Translations under genes and position numbers: made by a program
The notes under the pieces: generated by a model
Seen by the model: only the letters and a program-made list of their open reading frames with translations
Told to the model about the DNA's origin: nothing
Databases searched by the model: none
Assembly (NCBI GenBank): GCA_019242395.1
Contig: JAFAVP010000174.1
Span: 1-59,521 of the forward strand
DNA length: 59,521 bases
Direction of reading: 5' to 3'
Origin: Alphaproteobacteria bacterium
GTDB lineage: Bacteria; Pseudomonadota; Alphaproteobacteria; Micropepsales; Micropepsaceae
In this document: positions 48,137 to 56,835 of the stretch, piece by piece
Numbering within the stretch: the stretch's first letter is position 1
Layout of the letters: every line of letters starts with the position of its first letter

Positions 48137-49531
48137 ATGAATCAACGGCGCATGGAAAGGGATAGCTTCGGTCCAATCGAAGTGGCTGCGGATAAATACT
48201 GGGGGGCCCAAGCCGAGCGCTCCCTGCACAATTTTGCCATCGGGTGGGAGAAGCAGCCGATACCCATCGTGCGCGCGCTTGGGATCATCAAACGGGCCGC
48301 CGCGGAAGTAAACATGCAGCTAGGCAAACTCGATCCGAAGATCGGGAATGCCATCGTACAGGCGGCGGAGGAGGTGATCGAAGGCAAACTTGCCGATCAC
48401 TTCCCGCTTTCCGTCTGGCAGACTGGCTCGGGCACGCAATCGAACATGAATGCGAACGAGGTGATCTCGAATCGCGCCATCGAAATCCTGGGCGGCGAGA
48501 AGGGCTCGAAGAAGCCCGTTCATCCGAACGATCACGTGAACATGAGCCAGTCGTCGAACGATACCTATCCATCCGCCATGCATATCGCCTGCGCGGAGGA
48601 GATCGTTCACCGGCTCATCCCGGCGCTGCGGCTGCTTCGAAACGCGCTGAACGGCAAGGCGCAAGCCTGGCGCGGCATTATCAAGATCGGCCGCACCCAT
48701 ACCCAGGACGCGACACCCATCACGCTTGGCCAGGAATTTTCGGGGTATGCCCAGCAGGTGGATAATGGCATCGCGCGCATCGAGTCCACCTTACCGATGC
48801 TGATGCAGCTGGCGCAGGGCGGCACGGCTGTGGGCACCGGGCTTAATGCGCCACAGGGTTACGACGTTATGGTCGCGGAGCGCATTGCCGCGATCGCCAA
48901 ACTTCCCTTCACCACCGCTCCTAACAAGTTCGAGGCCCTAGCCGCACACGATGCGATGGTGATGAGCCACGGCGCTATCAACACGATGGCGGCTTCCCTC
49001 TTCAAGATCGCGAACGACATCCGCTTATTGGGCTCGGGGCCGCGCTCAGGCTTGGGAGAGCTTGCTCTGCCGGAAAACGAGCCAGGCTCTTCGATCATGC
49101 CGGGCAAAGTCAACCCAACGCAGTGCGAGGCGATGACTCAAGTTTGCACGCGCGTGTTCGGCAATCATGCCACCGTAACCTTTGCCGGAAGTCAGGGGCA
49201 TTTCGAATTGAACGTGTACAACCCCGTAATGGCATACAGCTTCTTACAAAGCGTCCGGCTGATGGCGGACGCTACGCGCTCGTTCACTGAACATTGCGTC
49301 TTGGGGATCGAGCCCCGACTAGACAACATCAGGGCAGGACTGGAGCGATCCCTTATGCTGGTCACCGCGCTGGCACCCAAGATCGGCTACGATAACGCAG
49401 CCCAGATCGCCAAGGCGGCGCACAAGAACAGCACCACGCTGAAAGAGGAAGCCGTGAAGAGCGGCGCCGTGTCGGCGGAAGAATTCGACGCGATCGTGCG
49501 GCCCGAGGATATGATCCATCCGGCAGCGTAG
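48137..49531 (+). CDS. fumC: Class II fumarate hydratase
   Basis: [35 protein letters not shown]. Confidence 0.98.
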   Translation: MNQRRMERDSFGPIEVAADKYWGAQAERSLHNFAIGWEKQPIPIVRALGIIKRAAAEVNMQLGKLDPKIGNAIVQAAEEVIEGKLADHFPLSVWQTGSGTQSNMNANEVISNRAIEILGGEKGSKKPVHPNDHVNMSQSSNDTYPSAMHIACAEEIVHRLIPALRLLRNALNGKAQAWRGIIKIGRTHTQDATPITLGQEFSGYAQQVDNGIARIESTLPMLMQLAQGGTAVGTGLNAPQGYDVMVAERIAAIAKLPFTTAPNKFEALAAHDAMVMSHGAINTMAASLFKIANDIRLLGSGPRSGLGELALPENEPGSSIMPGKVNPTQCEAMTQVCTRVFGNHATVTFAGSQGHFELNVYNPVMAYSFLQSVRLMADATRSFTEHCVLGIEPRLDNIRAGLERSLMLVTALAPKIGYDNAAQIAKAAHKNSTTLKEEAVKSGAVSAEEFDAIVRPEDMIHPAA

Positions 49532-49538
49532 AGTGTGA

Positions 49539-49928
49539 CTACGTCACGATGCGCGAATCGCCGGCCTGATCGCAATTCTTAATCTCGGAAACCAGTCCCT
49601 CCGGCGTAATGCCGTTGTTCGCGAGGCGCTGCTGGAGGCTCTGGGCATCGGCAGTTACCCGCGCCGTATAGCTCTTCTCGCTTTCCGTCGGGTGCATCGC
49701 CAGATATCGCTTGCCTGCCGCTGTCGCGCGTTCCGCGTAATAGGATGCTGCGCTGGCGTCCAACTCGTGGATCGCGAAGGCCGCCAGTGTGTAGCGTGCG
49801 GCGCAACCAAGATCGTCATACGTTACATTGGTAACCAGCGGCTCCATGTGCTGCATGTTCGGTTGCGCGCTGGATTGTGTCACGCCGAAGGCAAGCACGG
49901 CTGCTGCAAAAAGGCTTATCGTACGCAT
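49539..49928 (-). CDS. Secreted hypothetical protein
   Basis: Signal peptide and two Cys; 129 aa. Confidence 0.65.
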   Translation of the reverse strand: MRTISLFAAAVLAFGVTQSSAQPNMQHMEPLVTNVTYDDLGCAARYTLAAFAIHELDASAASYYAERATAAGKRYLAMHPTESEKSYTARVTADAQSLQQRLANNGITPEGLVSEIKNCDQAGDSRIVT

Positions 49929-49956
49929 TGCACACCCGCTCTAAGGTCCGGCTCAG

Positions 49957-50190
49957 ATGCCGTCATTCAAACGAATGCACCTGCTGGAGAAATGTTCCGT
50001 GTCCATTGCTGGGCACCGCACCAGCGTGGCGCTGGAGGCAGAATTCTGGGCAATTTTGCGGCAGATGGCGCATGCTGACGGCGTTAGCCTGCCGAAACTT
50101 ATCGCAAGAGTGGATGCGGAACGCGGTGCGCGGCCCTTGGCAAGCGCGCTGCGCCTTCTGGCGCTTGCCGCCGTGCAAAGCAGATCTTAA
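49957..50190 (+). CDS. Ribbon-helix-helix domain protein
   Basis: SVSIAGHRTSVALEAEFW...LASALRL. Confidence 0.85.
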   Translation: MPSFKRMHLLEKCSVSIAGHRTSVALEAEFWAILRQMAHADGVSLPKLIARVDAERGARPLASALRLLALAAVQSRS

Positions 50191-50215
50191 CTTAAAGTCG
50201 AAAGAGGGCTCCCGC

Positions 50216-50803
50216 ATGATCACGCTGTATCACTCGCCGCAAACACGTTCATCGAGCATTGTCTGGCTGCTGGAAGAGCTGCAGGTGCCGTATGAGACCA
50301 AGCAGGTGAGCTTCCGAAAGGCGGACGGCACGGGGGAAAGGGATCCCTCGAATCCACACCCGCACGGCAAGGTGCCGGCGCTAACGGACGGCTCGGAAAC
50401 CGTGTTCGAATCCGGCGCCATCGCGCTCTACCTGACGGATAAGTACCGAACCGTGAAGCTCGGTCCCGGACCGAACGACGCGAAGCGCGGAGAGTACCTA
50501 TCCTGGTTGTTCTATCGCCCCGGCGTAATGGAGCCGGCCTTCATGGAGCGGCGCTTCAACATCCCGCATGTGCACGGCGCCATGGGCTGGGCAAAGACGG
50601 AGGAAGTGGAAGAGGTGGTGAACGCGCACCTCGCCAAGAACAAGTACTTCCTGGGCGACGAGTTCTCCGCGCTCGATATCATGGTGGGGGGCGGGCTCTA
50701 CTACATGATGCTGTTCAAGATGACGCCGGAAACAGGCGTGCTGAAGGAATACGCGGCCCGAATCACGGAGCGCTCCGCTTTCAAGCGCTCGATGGAAAGG
50801 TAG
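50216..50803 (+). CDS. Glutathione S-transferase
   Basis: LYHSPQTRS, PHGKVPAL, FESGAI, GDEFSALD. Confidence 0.9.
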   Translation: MITLYHSPQTRSSSIVWLLEELQVPYETKQVSFRKADGTGERDPSNPHPHGKVPALTDGSETVFESGAIALYLTDKYRTVKLGPGPNDAKRGEYLSWLFYRPGVMEPAFMERRFNIPHVHGAMGWAKTEEVEEVVNAHLAKNKYFLGDEFSALDIMVGGGLYYMMLFKMTPETGVLKEYAARITERSAFKRSMER

Positions 50804-50811
50804 CCGCGCCC

Positions 50812-50994
50812 ATGGGTGAGCTGGTCAACCTCCGCCGCGCGCGAAAACAGCAGACGCGTACCGAAGCCGCGGCCCAAGCGGACGCCAATCGCGCCAAGCA
50901 CGGCATCTCAAAGCGGGAGCACGATCTCATCGAGGCCCGCCGCGCCGAAGCGGAGCGCGATCTCTCTTCCAGCAAGCTGGACGAGAAATCGTGA
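50812..50994 (+). CDS. DUF4169 family protein
   Basis: ELVNLRRARK...ANRAKHG..K. Confidence 0.85.
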   Translation: MGELVNLRRARKQQTRTEAAAQADANRAKHGISKREHDLIEARRAEAERDLSSSKLDEKS

Positions 50995-51004
50995 TGCGTT
51001 CCAG

Positions 51005-51137
51005 TCACCTCCCCCGACGCGGGGAGGTCGGAGCATTTCAAGCGCGAGCGAGAAGTGCTCCGGGTGGGGGGCTTACCCGTGGCCAGCCCCCACCCGTGTC
51101 GCTTCGCTCCGCGACCTCCCCACATCGGGGGAGGTAA
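51005..51137. repeat. ~133-bp palindromic intergenic repeat (MITE/REP-like), copy 1, intact
   Basis: Terminal inverted arms TCACCTCCCCCGACGCGGGGAGGTCG / CGACCTCCCCACATCGGGGGAGGTAA with internal hairpins. Homologous to the copy at 55030. Confidence 0.85.
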
Positions 51138-51138
51138 A

Positions 51139-52317
51139 TTGCGGAGCGAGGAAAAGGCAGGCCCCTTCTCCGGCTTGCGGGTGCTCGATCTCACGCGCGT
51201 GCTGGCAGGGCCGTATGCGGCCCTGATGATGGCGGAGTTGGGCGCGCGTGTGATCAAGATTGAGCCGCCAGAAGGGGACGATGCGCGCCGCTATGGGCCT
51301 TTTGTCACGGGCGGGAACGGCGTGGCGAAGTCCGGCTACTTCATGAGCATCAACCGCGGCAAGGAATCGATCGCGCTCGATCTGAAAGCGGATGAGGACC
51401 GCCGCATCTTCGAAGCGCTGCTCGCCCGCGCCGATGTGCTGATCGAGAATTACCGCGGCGGCACGATGGAGAAGCTGGGTTACGGCTGGGAGTCGTTGAA
51501 AGACAAGTACCCGCGCCTCATCTATGCCGCCGTTTCGGGCTTCGGCCATACCGGTCCGTACGCCGCCCGCCCGGCCTACGACATGGTGGTGCAGGCGATG
51601 GGCGGCATCATGAGCCTCACCGGCCATCCTGGCGGGCTGCCGACCCGCGTCGGTACTTCGGTCGGTGACATCACCGCGGCACTGTTCGGCACGATCGGCA
51701 TCGCGGCGGCGCTCTATGATCGCGAGACAACCGGGCGTGGGCAGAAGTTGGATGTCGGCATGCTGGATTGTCAGGTGGCGATTCTGGAAAACGCCATCGC
51801 GCGCTATGTGGCGACCGGGGAGGTGCCTGGGCCATTGGGCACAAAGCATCCTTCCATCGCGCCGTTCGCCGCGTTCAAGACAAAAGACGATTACATCGTG
51901 ATTGCTGCCGGTAATGACGCGCTGTTCGCGCGCGTCGCCAAGGTGCTTGGTCGCGAGGAATGGGCGCGCGATCTGCGTTTCGCCAACAATCTCGCACGCG
52001 TGCAGCATCTCGACGCATTGCACGCAGAGATGGAATCCGCGCTGGCCCCGCGCGCCGCGAAAGACTGGTTGGCGCAGCTGGAAGCAGAAGGCGTGCCCTG
52101 CGCGCCGATCAACGACATCGCCGCCGTGATGGCCGATCCTCAGGTGCTTGCCCGCAACATGATCGTCACTGCCGATGACCCTGACCTCGGCGCCGTCCGC
52201 ATGCAAGGCAACCCAATCAAATCGACGGGTTATGCCGATCCATGCACCCGCGGAAGCGCACCGGATTTGGACGGGAGCCGCACCGCAATCTTGAAAAAGG
52301 TGCTCGCGGCGAAGTGA
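51139..52317 (+). CDS. CaiB/BaiF family CoA transferase
   Basis: LRVLDLTRVLAGP, VIKIEPP.GD, NRGKES, GFGHTGP, YDMVVQA. TTG start inferred. Confidence 0.92.
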   Translation: MRSEEKAGPFSGLRVLDLTRVLAGPYAALMMAELGARVIKIEPPEGDDARRYGPFVTGGNGVAKSGYFMSINRGKESIALDLKADEDRRIFEALLARADVLIENYRGGTMEKLGYGWESLKDKYPRLIYAAVSGFGHTGPYAARPAYDMVVQAMGGIMSLTGHPGGLPTRVGTSVGDITAALFGTIGIAAALYDRETTGRGQKLDVGMLDCQVAILENAIARYVATGEVPGPLGTKHPSIAPFAAFKTKDDYIVIAAGNDALFARVAKVLGREEWARDLRFANNLARVQHLDALHAEMESALAPRAAKDWLAQLEAEGVPCAPINDIAAVMADPQVLARNMIVTADDPDLGAVRMQGNPIKSTGYADPCTRGSAPDLDGSRTAILKKVLAAK

Positions 52318-52421
52318 TCTCGCCAGCGAGGGAACACACTTCACTTTGCGCTAGTCTCGGAATACGCGCCGATCTGATCCGTCTGTGCAAGACACTGGCT
52401 GGAAAGAAGGGGGCTTGGCCA

Positions 52422-53258
52422 ATGACGCGCGGCCTCATGTGGTCGATCCTGGGCATCTTCCTGGCGGTCACAATCACGAGCACGATGGATGCCACGGGAC
52501 TCTTGGCATTCAGCGCGCTCCCCTTGTTTCCGCTGATAGTGCTGTTCTGGTTTTTGCAACGGTTCTCGCGAATCGAGACGGGATTCGTTTGGGGCGTGGC
52601 GCGCCCTTACCTGCTTGCAATGCTCTATCCGCTGCTGGTGACTGGCATCCTCGTTCTCACTGCCGCGATGTCTGGAGCGATCGGTACCGCCCACACCGAT
52701 TGGCGCAAGGCCGGTCTGAATCTGGCTCTGGTGAGCGTCTCAACCGTGCTGGTGGCGATCATCACCGAAGAGGGCTTCTTCAGAGGATGGCTGTGGGCCT
52801 CTCTGCGGCGTACCGGCATGCAGCCGATCTGGGTTCTTGTTGCCAGTAGCCTGGCATTTTCCCTCTGGCATTGGTCCGCGGTGGTTTTCGATACGGGCTT
52901 CAACCCCTCGCCCACGCAGATACCGGTGTTCATGGTCAATGCCGCCGTAATGGGGGCAATCTGGGGTTTTTTGCGTTGGATTTCCGGTTCGGTGATCGTT
53001 TCAAGCGTGAGCCACGGCTTCTGGAACGGCATGGCCTACGTCCTGTTCGGCTTTGGAAAGAAGGCTGGAGCGCTCGGAGTTGCCAACACCGCTCTCTTTG
53101 GACCGGAGATTGGTATTCTCGGCCTCGCCCTTAATGCTGCTTTCGCCGTGGTACTCTTTCTCTGGTGGCGCCGCGCACAGGCCGTTGAAATGGCCTCGCC
53201 GAATGTTGCCTCCGAACCTCATCATACTCGTGGAAGACTGGCTTCTCCTGTAAGCTGA
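52422..53258 (+). CDS. CPBP (Abi/CAAX) family intramembrane protease
   Basis: EEGFFRG, FSLWH, SHGFWN. Confidence 0.88.
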   Translation: MTRGLMWSILGIFLAVTITSTMDATGLLAFSALPLFPLIVLFWFLQRFSRIETGFVWGVARPYLLAMLYPLLVTGILVLTAAMSGAIGTAHTDWRKAGLNLALVSVSTVLVAIITEEGFFRGWLWASLRRTGMQPIWVLVASSLAFSLWHWSAVVFDTGFNPSPTQIPVFMVNAAVMGAIWGFLRWISGSVIVSSVSHGFWNGMAYVLFGFGKKAGALGVANTALFGPEIGILGLALNAAFAVVLFLWWRRAQAVEMASPNVASEPHHTRGRLASPVS

Positions 53259-53282
53259 ATGCGCAGGTCGGGGGTCAGTGCA

Positions 53283-54494
53283 ATGCTGCCAGAGAAGCGC
53301 GCCGCGGGCGAGCGGCTCGATTACATCGATTCATTGCGCGGCTTTGCCTTGTTCGGCGTGTTCGGCGCCAATCTGTTCATCTTCTCCGGCCTCGCCTACA
53401 TGACCGATGCGCAAAAGGCCGCGCTGCCCACGGCTGCCATCGACCGCACGATACAGTTCCTCGAACTGGTCTTCATCGAAACCAAGTTCATGGGGCTGTT
53501 CGCGCTGCTGTTTGGCGTGAGCTTCTGGCTATTTCTCAGCAGCGTTCGGGCCCGCGGCCTGGAAGGCACCGCGCTGTTCTATCGCCGCATCTTCTGGCTC
53601 TTTGTGTTCGGCTCGATTCACGGCTGGCTGCTCTGGGCTTTCGACATCCTTCAATTCTATGCGCTGTGGGCGATTCTGCTGCCGCTGTTTCTGCGCGTCT
53701 CGCTCCGCACGTTGTTCGCGTGGGCGATTGGCTTCGCGATCGTCGCGCCGGCGCTGGTCTCCGGCACTCAGTCGGTGACGTTTTGGGGCCATCTCCTGGA
53801 TAAGGCGACAACCAATGCCGCCGCGCTCCAGGGGTTTTCCTCGCCGCATTATGGAGAGATGCTGCGCGCCAACTATCTCTACAATTGGTATCTCACGCTT
53901 TCGTTCGGGCAGATTGGTTATCAGGTGGCGGTCTTCGGCCGGCTGCTCTTCGGTCTCTTTCTCGCCCGCGCCGGCCTGATGATGGATCTGCCGCGCTACC
54001 GGCGCGTGTTCGTCTGGACGCTGATGTGCGGCGGCATCTACGGCCTGGTGGCGAATACCTTTGATGCGAGCGGTATGCTCGATCCCCCGCGCGGCTCGGG
54101 ATTCGTCTGGCCGTTCACGGCAGGCCTGATCGAAGAGGCCGGCTATTTGTCATTAAGCCTTGCCTATGCCTCCGCACTGGCGTTGCTGTTCCAGGCGCCA
54201 TGGGGGCGCTGGGCGCGCGTTCTGCGCTCGATGGGCCGCATGGCGCTGACGTTCTACCTTGGGCAGACGCTGTTCGGGCTGTGGCTGTTCTACGGTTTCA
54301 TGCCGGGGCCGCATTGGTTTGCGAAGACCGGCGCGGTGTGGCTGGTGCCGATCTGGTTCGGCGGCTACGCGCTGCAGGTGGCGATCGCCGATTGGTGGCT
54401 GAAGCACTTCCGCTTCGGCCCCGCGGAATGGCTCTGGCGCTGCCTCACCTACTGGAAACTCCAAACCTTCCGCACCCCGGCGTATGCGAGTTGA
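53283..54494 (+). CDS. DUF418 (YeiB-like) membrane protein
   Basis: IDSLRGFALFG, GRMALTFYLGQ, FRFGPAEWLWRCLTY. Confidence 0.88.
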   Translation: MLPEKRAAGERLDYIDSLRGFALFGVFGANLFIFSGLAYMTDAQKAALPTAAIDRTIQFLELVFIETKFMGLFALLFGVSFWLFLSSVRARGLEGTALFYRRIFWLFVFGSIHGWLLWAFDILQFYALWAILLPLFLRVSLRTLFAWAIGFAIVAPALVSGTQSVTFWGHLLDKATTNAAALQGFSSPHYGEMLRANYLYNWYLTLSFGQIGYQVAVFGRLLFGLFLARAGLMMDLPRYRRVFVWTLMCGGIYGLVANTFDASGMLDPPRGSGFVWPFTAGLIEEAGYLSLSLAYASALALLFQAPWGRWARVLRSMGRMALTFYLGQTLFGLWLFYGFMPGPHWFAKTGAVWLVPIWFGGYALQVAIADWWLKHFRFGPAEWLWRCLTYWKLQTFRTPAYAS

Positions 54495-54503
54495 CCCTCT
54501 AAT

Positions 54504-54531
54504 TGTCATGGCCCGCGAATGCGGGCCACCC
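54504..54531. repeat. Short REP-like palindrome or terminator
   Basis: TGTCATGGCCCGC-GAAT-GCGGGCCACCC hairpin between convergent genes. Confidence 0.5.
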
Positions 54532-54551
54532 CGATTGAGTTGTACGATGCC

Positions 54552-54977
54552 TCAGATACATTCGCCCTTGTTCGGGTCTTTTGAGCGCCGGACTGACTCA
54601 AGAATCTTCTGCGAATTCTCAGGAGTAGTGAAGCTCAAGAGCATGGCTTGATAGTCGGCATAATCCTTCGAAGTGCAAAAATCCCCACCCGCTTTTTGAT
54701 ATCGCGCCTGCGTAGCGGCTTCGGATTTCTTAAGGGCATCCTGGACATCCGCGGCGGTTTTGCCGGGCTGATGTGTGTTGTGAATGATGCTGTTGCGCAT
54801 CTCGGCAACGAGCTGCTGATAACGCGTCTCGGCAGCAGTATCGAGAGGATGACCACACTGCAGCGCGATGGCATGAGTTTCGGTAAGCAGCGAATACATA
54901 CAGAAGGTAGACGCATCAGCCATGCATCTATCGGCGAGGAACGACAGCACGACTGCGAAGGCGAGCATCTTCCACAC
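54552..54977 (-). CDS. Secreted Cys-containing hypothetical protein
   Basis: GGAGG RBS, signal peptide; 141 aa. Confidence 0.7.
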   Translation of the reverse strand: MWKMLAFAVVLSFLADRCMADASTFCMYSLLTETHAIALQCGHPLDTAAETRYQQLVAEMRNSIIHNTHQPGKTAADVQDALKKSEAATQARYQKAGGDFCTSKDYADYQAMLLSFTTPENSQKILESVRRSKDPNKGECI

Positions 54978-55029
54978 TTCTTGTCCTCCGAGCGCAATTA
55001 ATTCGAAACCCCGATCTTAGCATTTCTCT

Positions 55030-55166
55030 TCACCTCCCCCAACGCGGGGAGGTCGGAGCACTTCGAGCAACGCGAGGAATGCTCCGGGTGGGGGGACGCA
55101 GCCGCGACATAAGCCCCCCACCCGAAATTCGCTCGCACGGCTCGCAAATTTCGACCTCCCCGCGTT
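55030..55166. repeat. Palindromic intergenic repeat, copy 2, interrupted by the IS (remainder at 57855-57862)
   Basis: TCACCTCCCCCAACGCGGGGAGGTCGGAGCA...GCTCCGGGTGGGGG...CCCCACCCG...CGACCTCCCCGCGTT | GGGGGTGA. Confidence 0.85.
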
Positions 55167-55179
55167 GGGAGTGTTACAC

Positions 55180-55208
55180 TTGCCAACCCCACACACTAGG
55201 GATAGTTT
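55180..55208 (+). promoter_or_regulatory. Inward sigma70-like promoter in the left TIR
   Basis: TTGCCA-N17-TAGTTT, upstream of DUF3800. Confidence 0.5.
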
Positions 55209-55272
55209 TACAGGGCGCCGCCACCTACAGCCAACCGCGTGGGGTGGTGGTGAACTAGTAGGCGACAATATC

Positions 55273-56007
55273 GTGCGGATGCTCTTTCTGGATGAGGCGG
55301 GGACCGGCAATCCAAGGGACGAGCCGCTTCTTGTTGTCGCCGGAATAATTGTGAATGCCGATAAGCAGTGGAAAGCCGTCCAGCGGCGGCTGCGCGACCT
55401 TAGAGACCGCTTCATGCCCCCAGAAGCGCCAGAGTGGTACTCGTTCCATGCGACGGAACTATTCTCTGGCGGAAAATACTTCACGCGCGAACGGTATTCA
55501 CGAAGCGAGCGGTGGGCGATCTTAGACGCCATTCTTTCGGTACCCGCCGAATTCAATCTGCCGGTTGTTCATGCATATCTCGAACGACATTTGGCTCCCG
55601 ACCAAATGGAAAGGCTGTACGGCCGAGCATTTATAGAATGCGCGGCGAGCGCCGAGGCGCATCTGCGCACGCTGCCTGCTGATGAGGTGGGGATGATTAT
55701 CCTGGAGGATAATCATGAGGTTCGGAGCCAAGTTCGGTTCATGCAATCCGCAGGGCAGATTGAAAACCATCTGCTCCATGCTCACCTACGCGACAAATAC
55801 TGGCTAACGAAAATTGTTGGCGAGCCTCATTTTGAGGGCAAGGGTCCATCCAGTCTGTTGCAAATTGCGGATGCCTGCGCGTTCGCCATCAAACGTAAGG
55901 CAATGGAGAGGCCGCACGCCGAGCGGTTTGTTGATCCTCTTTACCCCCAGATGATTAACGCGCTTAGCCCTTGGACGGCGCGCGACGAACCGGAGCGATT
56001 TGCTTGA
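55273..56007 (+). CDS. DUF3800 domain protein (IS passenger)
   Basis: MLFLDEAG, VVAG, FHATELF, LLQIADACAF. Confidence 0.85.
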   Translation: MRMLFLDEAGTGNPRDEPLLVVAGIIVNADKQWKAVQRRLRDLRDRFMPPEAPEWYSFHATELFSGGKYFTRERYSRSERWAILDAILSVPAEFNLPVVHAYLERHLAPDQMERLYGRAFIECAASAEAHLRTLPADEVGMIILEDNHEVRSQVRFMQSAGQIENHLLHAHLRDKYWLTKIVGEPHFEGKGPSSLLQIADACAFAIKRKAMERPHAERFVDPLYPQMINALSPWTARDEPERFA

Positions 56008-56119
56008 GCGCCCTGTCTAAATCCTTAGGGTTATCGCTTGCCTCCGCCGCCTCTGCGGTTTCGAGGAAGCGTTTGGATTCCTCTGGATCGTCCCATTTGG
56101 GTTTTGCTTTGCGCGGCAT
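55964..56119 (-). CDS. 51-aa hypothetical IS passenger (below ORF-track cutoff)
   Basis: Manual translation: MPRKAKPKWDDPEESKRFLETAEAAEASDNPKDLDRALKQIAPVRRAPSKG. Confidence 0.6.
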   Translation of the reverse strand: MPRKAKPKWDDPEESKRFLETAEAAEASDNPKDLDRALKQIAPVRRAPSKG

Positions 56120-56141
56120 AACAGCTGCTTATCACATGATC

Positions 56142-56669
56142 CTAGCGCCGCTCAAACGGGCTTCTCTTCTGAATGACTCTAGGCAGGGGCGCTTGCGGCA
56201 CGCCGGGTCCGAGTCGTGGCAATTCAGTGGTCATATTGCACCTAGTGCAGGCGTATTCGAACACCGCCAGCCTTGTGTTTGCGCCGCGTGCGGGATTCAT
56301 TATGCGAAGCTCGCGGTCGCGAAAGCGGTTTGGACAATAGTAGGGCGATCGTCCCTGCGGACCGGCAGAGTCCTTCTCACGATATACCGTCGCCCCGGTT
56401 ACTGTGCCCTCGCGGGTGTAGTTTTCCGCCTCATCATCAAATCGCTTTGCCTTTTCGATTTCTGCTTTGAGCGCAGCGAGTTCTATCACCGCCGCATTGC
56501 GTTCGTCCTGCAAGAGCGCAGTTTGCGCCCTCGCATTAATCGCATGCTCCAAAGCTTCTTCTGCATGGACGCGCAACTTTTCGACACTGTTGGCAGCTCT
56601 GATTTGCTGCCCCAAGTCGTAAAGCGGTTTCATTGTGGCGAGGGCTGCAATCCCGGTGGTGATAGCCAT
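56142..56669 (-). CDS. Hypothetical coiled-coil + Zn-ribbon-like protein (IS passenger)
   Basis: AGGAG RBS, coiled coil, YYCPNRF...YACTRC. Confidence 0.75.
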   Translation of the reverse strand: MAITTGIAALATMKPLYDLGQQIRAANSVEKLRVHAEEALEHAINARAQTALLQDERNAAVIELAALKAEIEKAKRFDDEAENYTREGTVTGATVYREKDSAGPQGRSPYYCPNRFRDRELRIMNPARGANTRLAVFEYACTRCNMTTELPRLGPGVPQAPLPRVIQKRSPFERR

Positions 56670-56835
56670 GTTAACTCCTAGGTCTGTCGCAATTCCTAGG
56701 ATAGCTGGCGAAGGGCGCGGGAGTCATTCCCGCCCCTTCTCCGGTGCTTCAAGCAACCACAGAAAAGTTAGCTGCGGATCGGGCGGGACATTGGCCCGCG
56801 CTCGCCAGATAACAACCGTTTGGCCGCGTGGGTTC

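Noticed and set aside
51073-52344. 423-aa - strand ORF and similar long antisense ORFs (e.g. 21954-22967, 34353-35234)
   Set aside because: Typical high-GC shadow frames opposite clear genes.
55235-55246. Leader sequence CCGCGTGGGGTG resembling the IS target CCGCGTTGGGGGTG (guide-RNA idea)
   Set aside because: A short match needing two gaps in GC-rich DNA, so chance is likely. Worth revisiting only if leader and target covary across elements.
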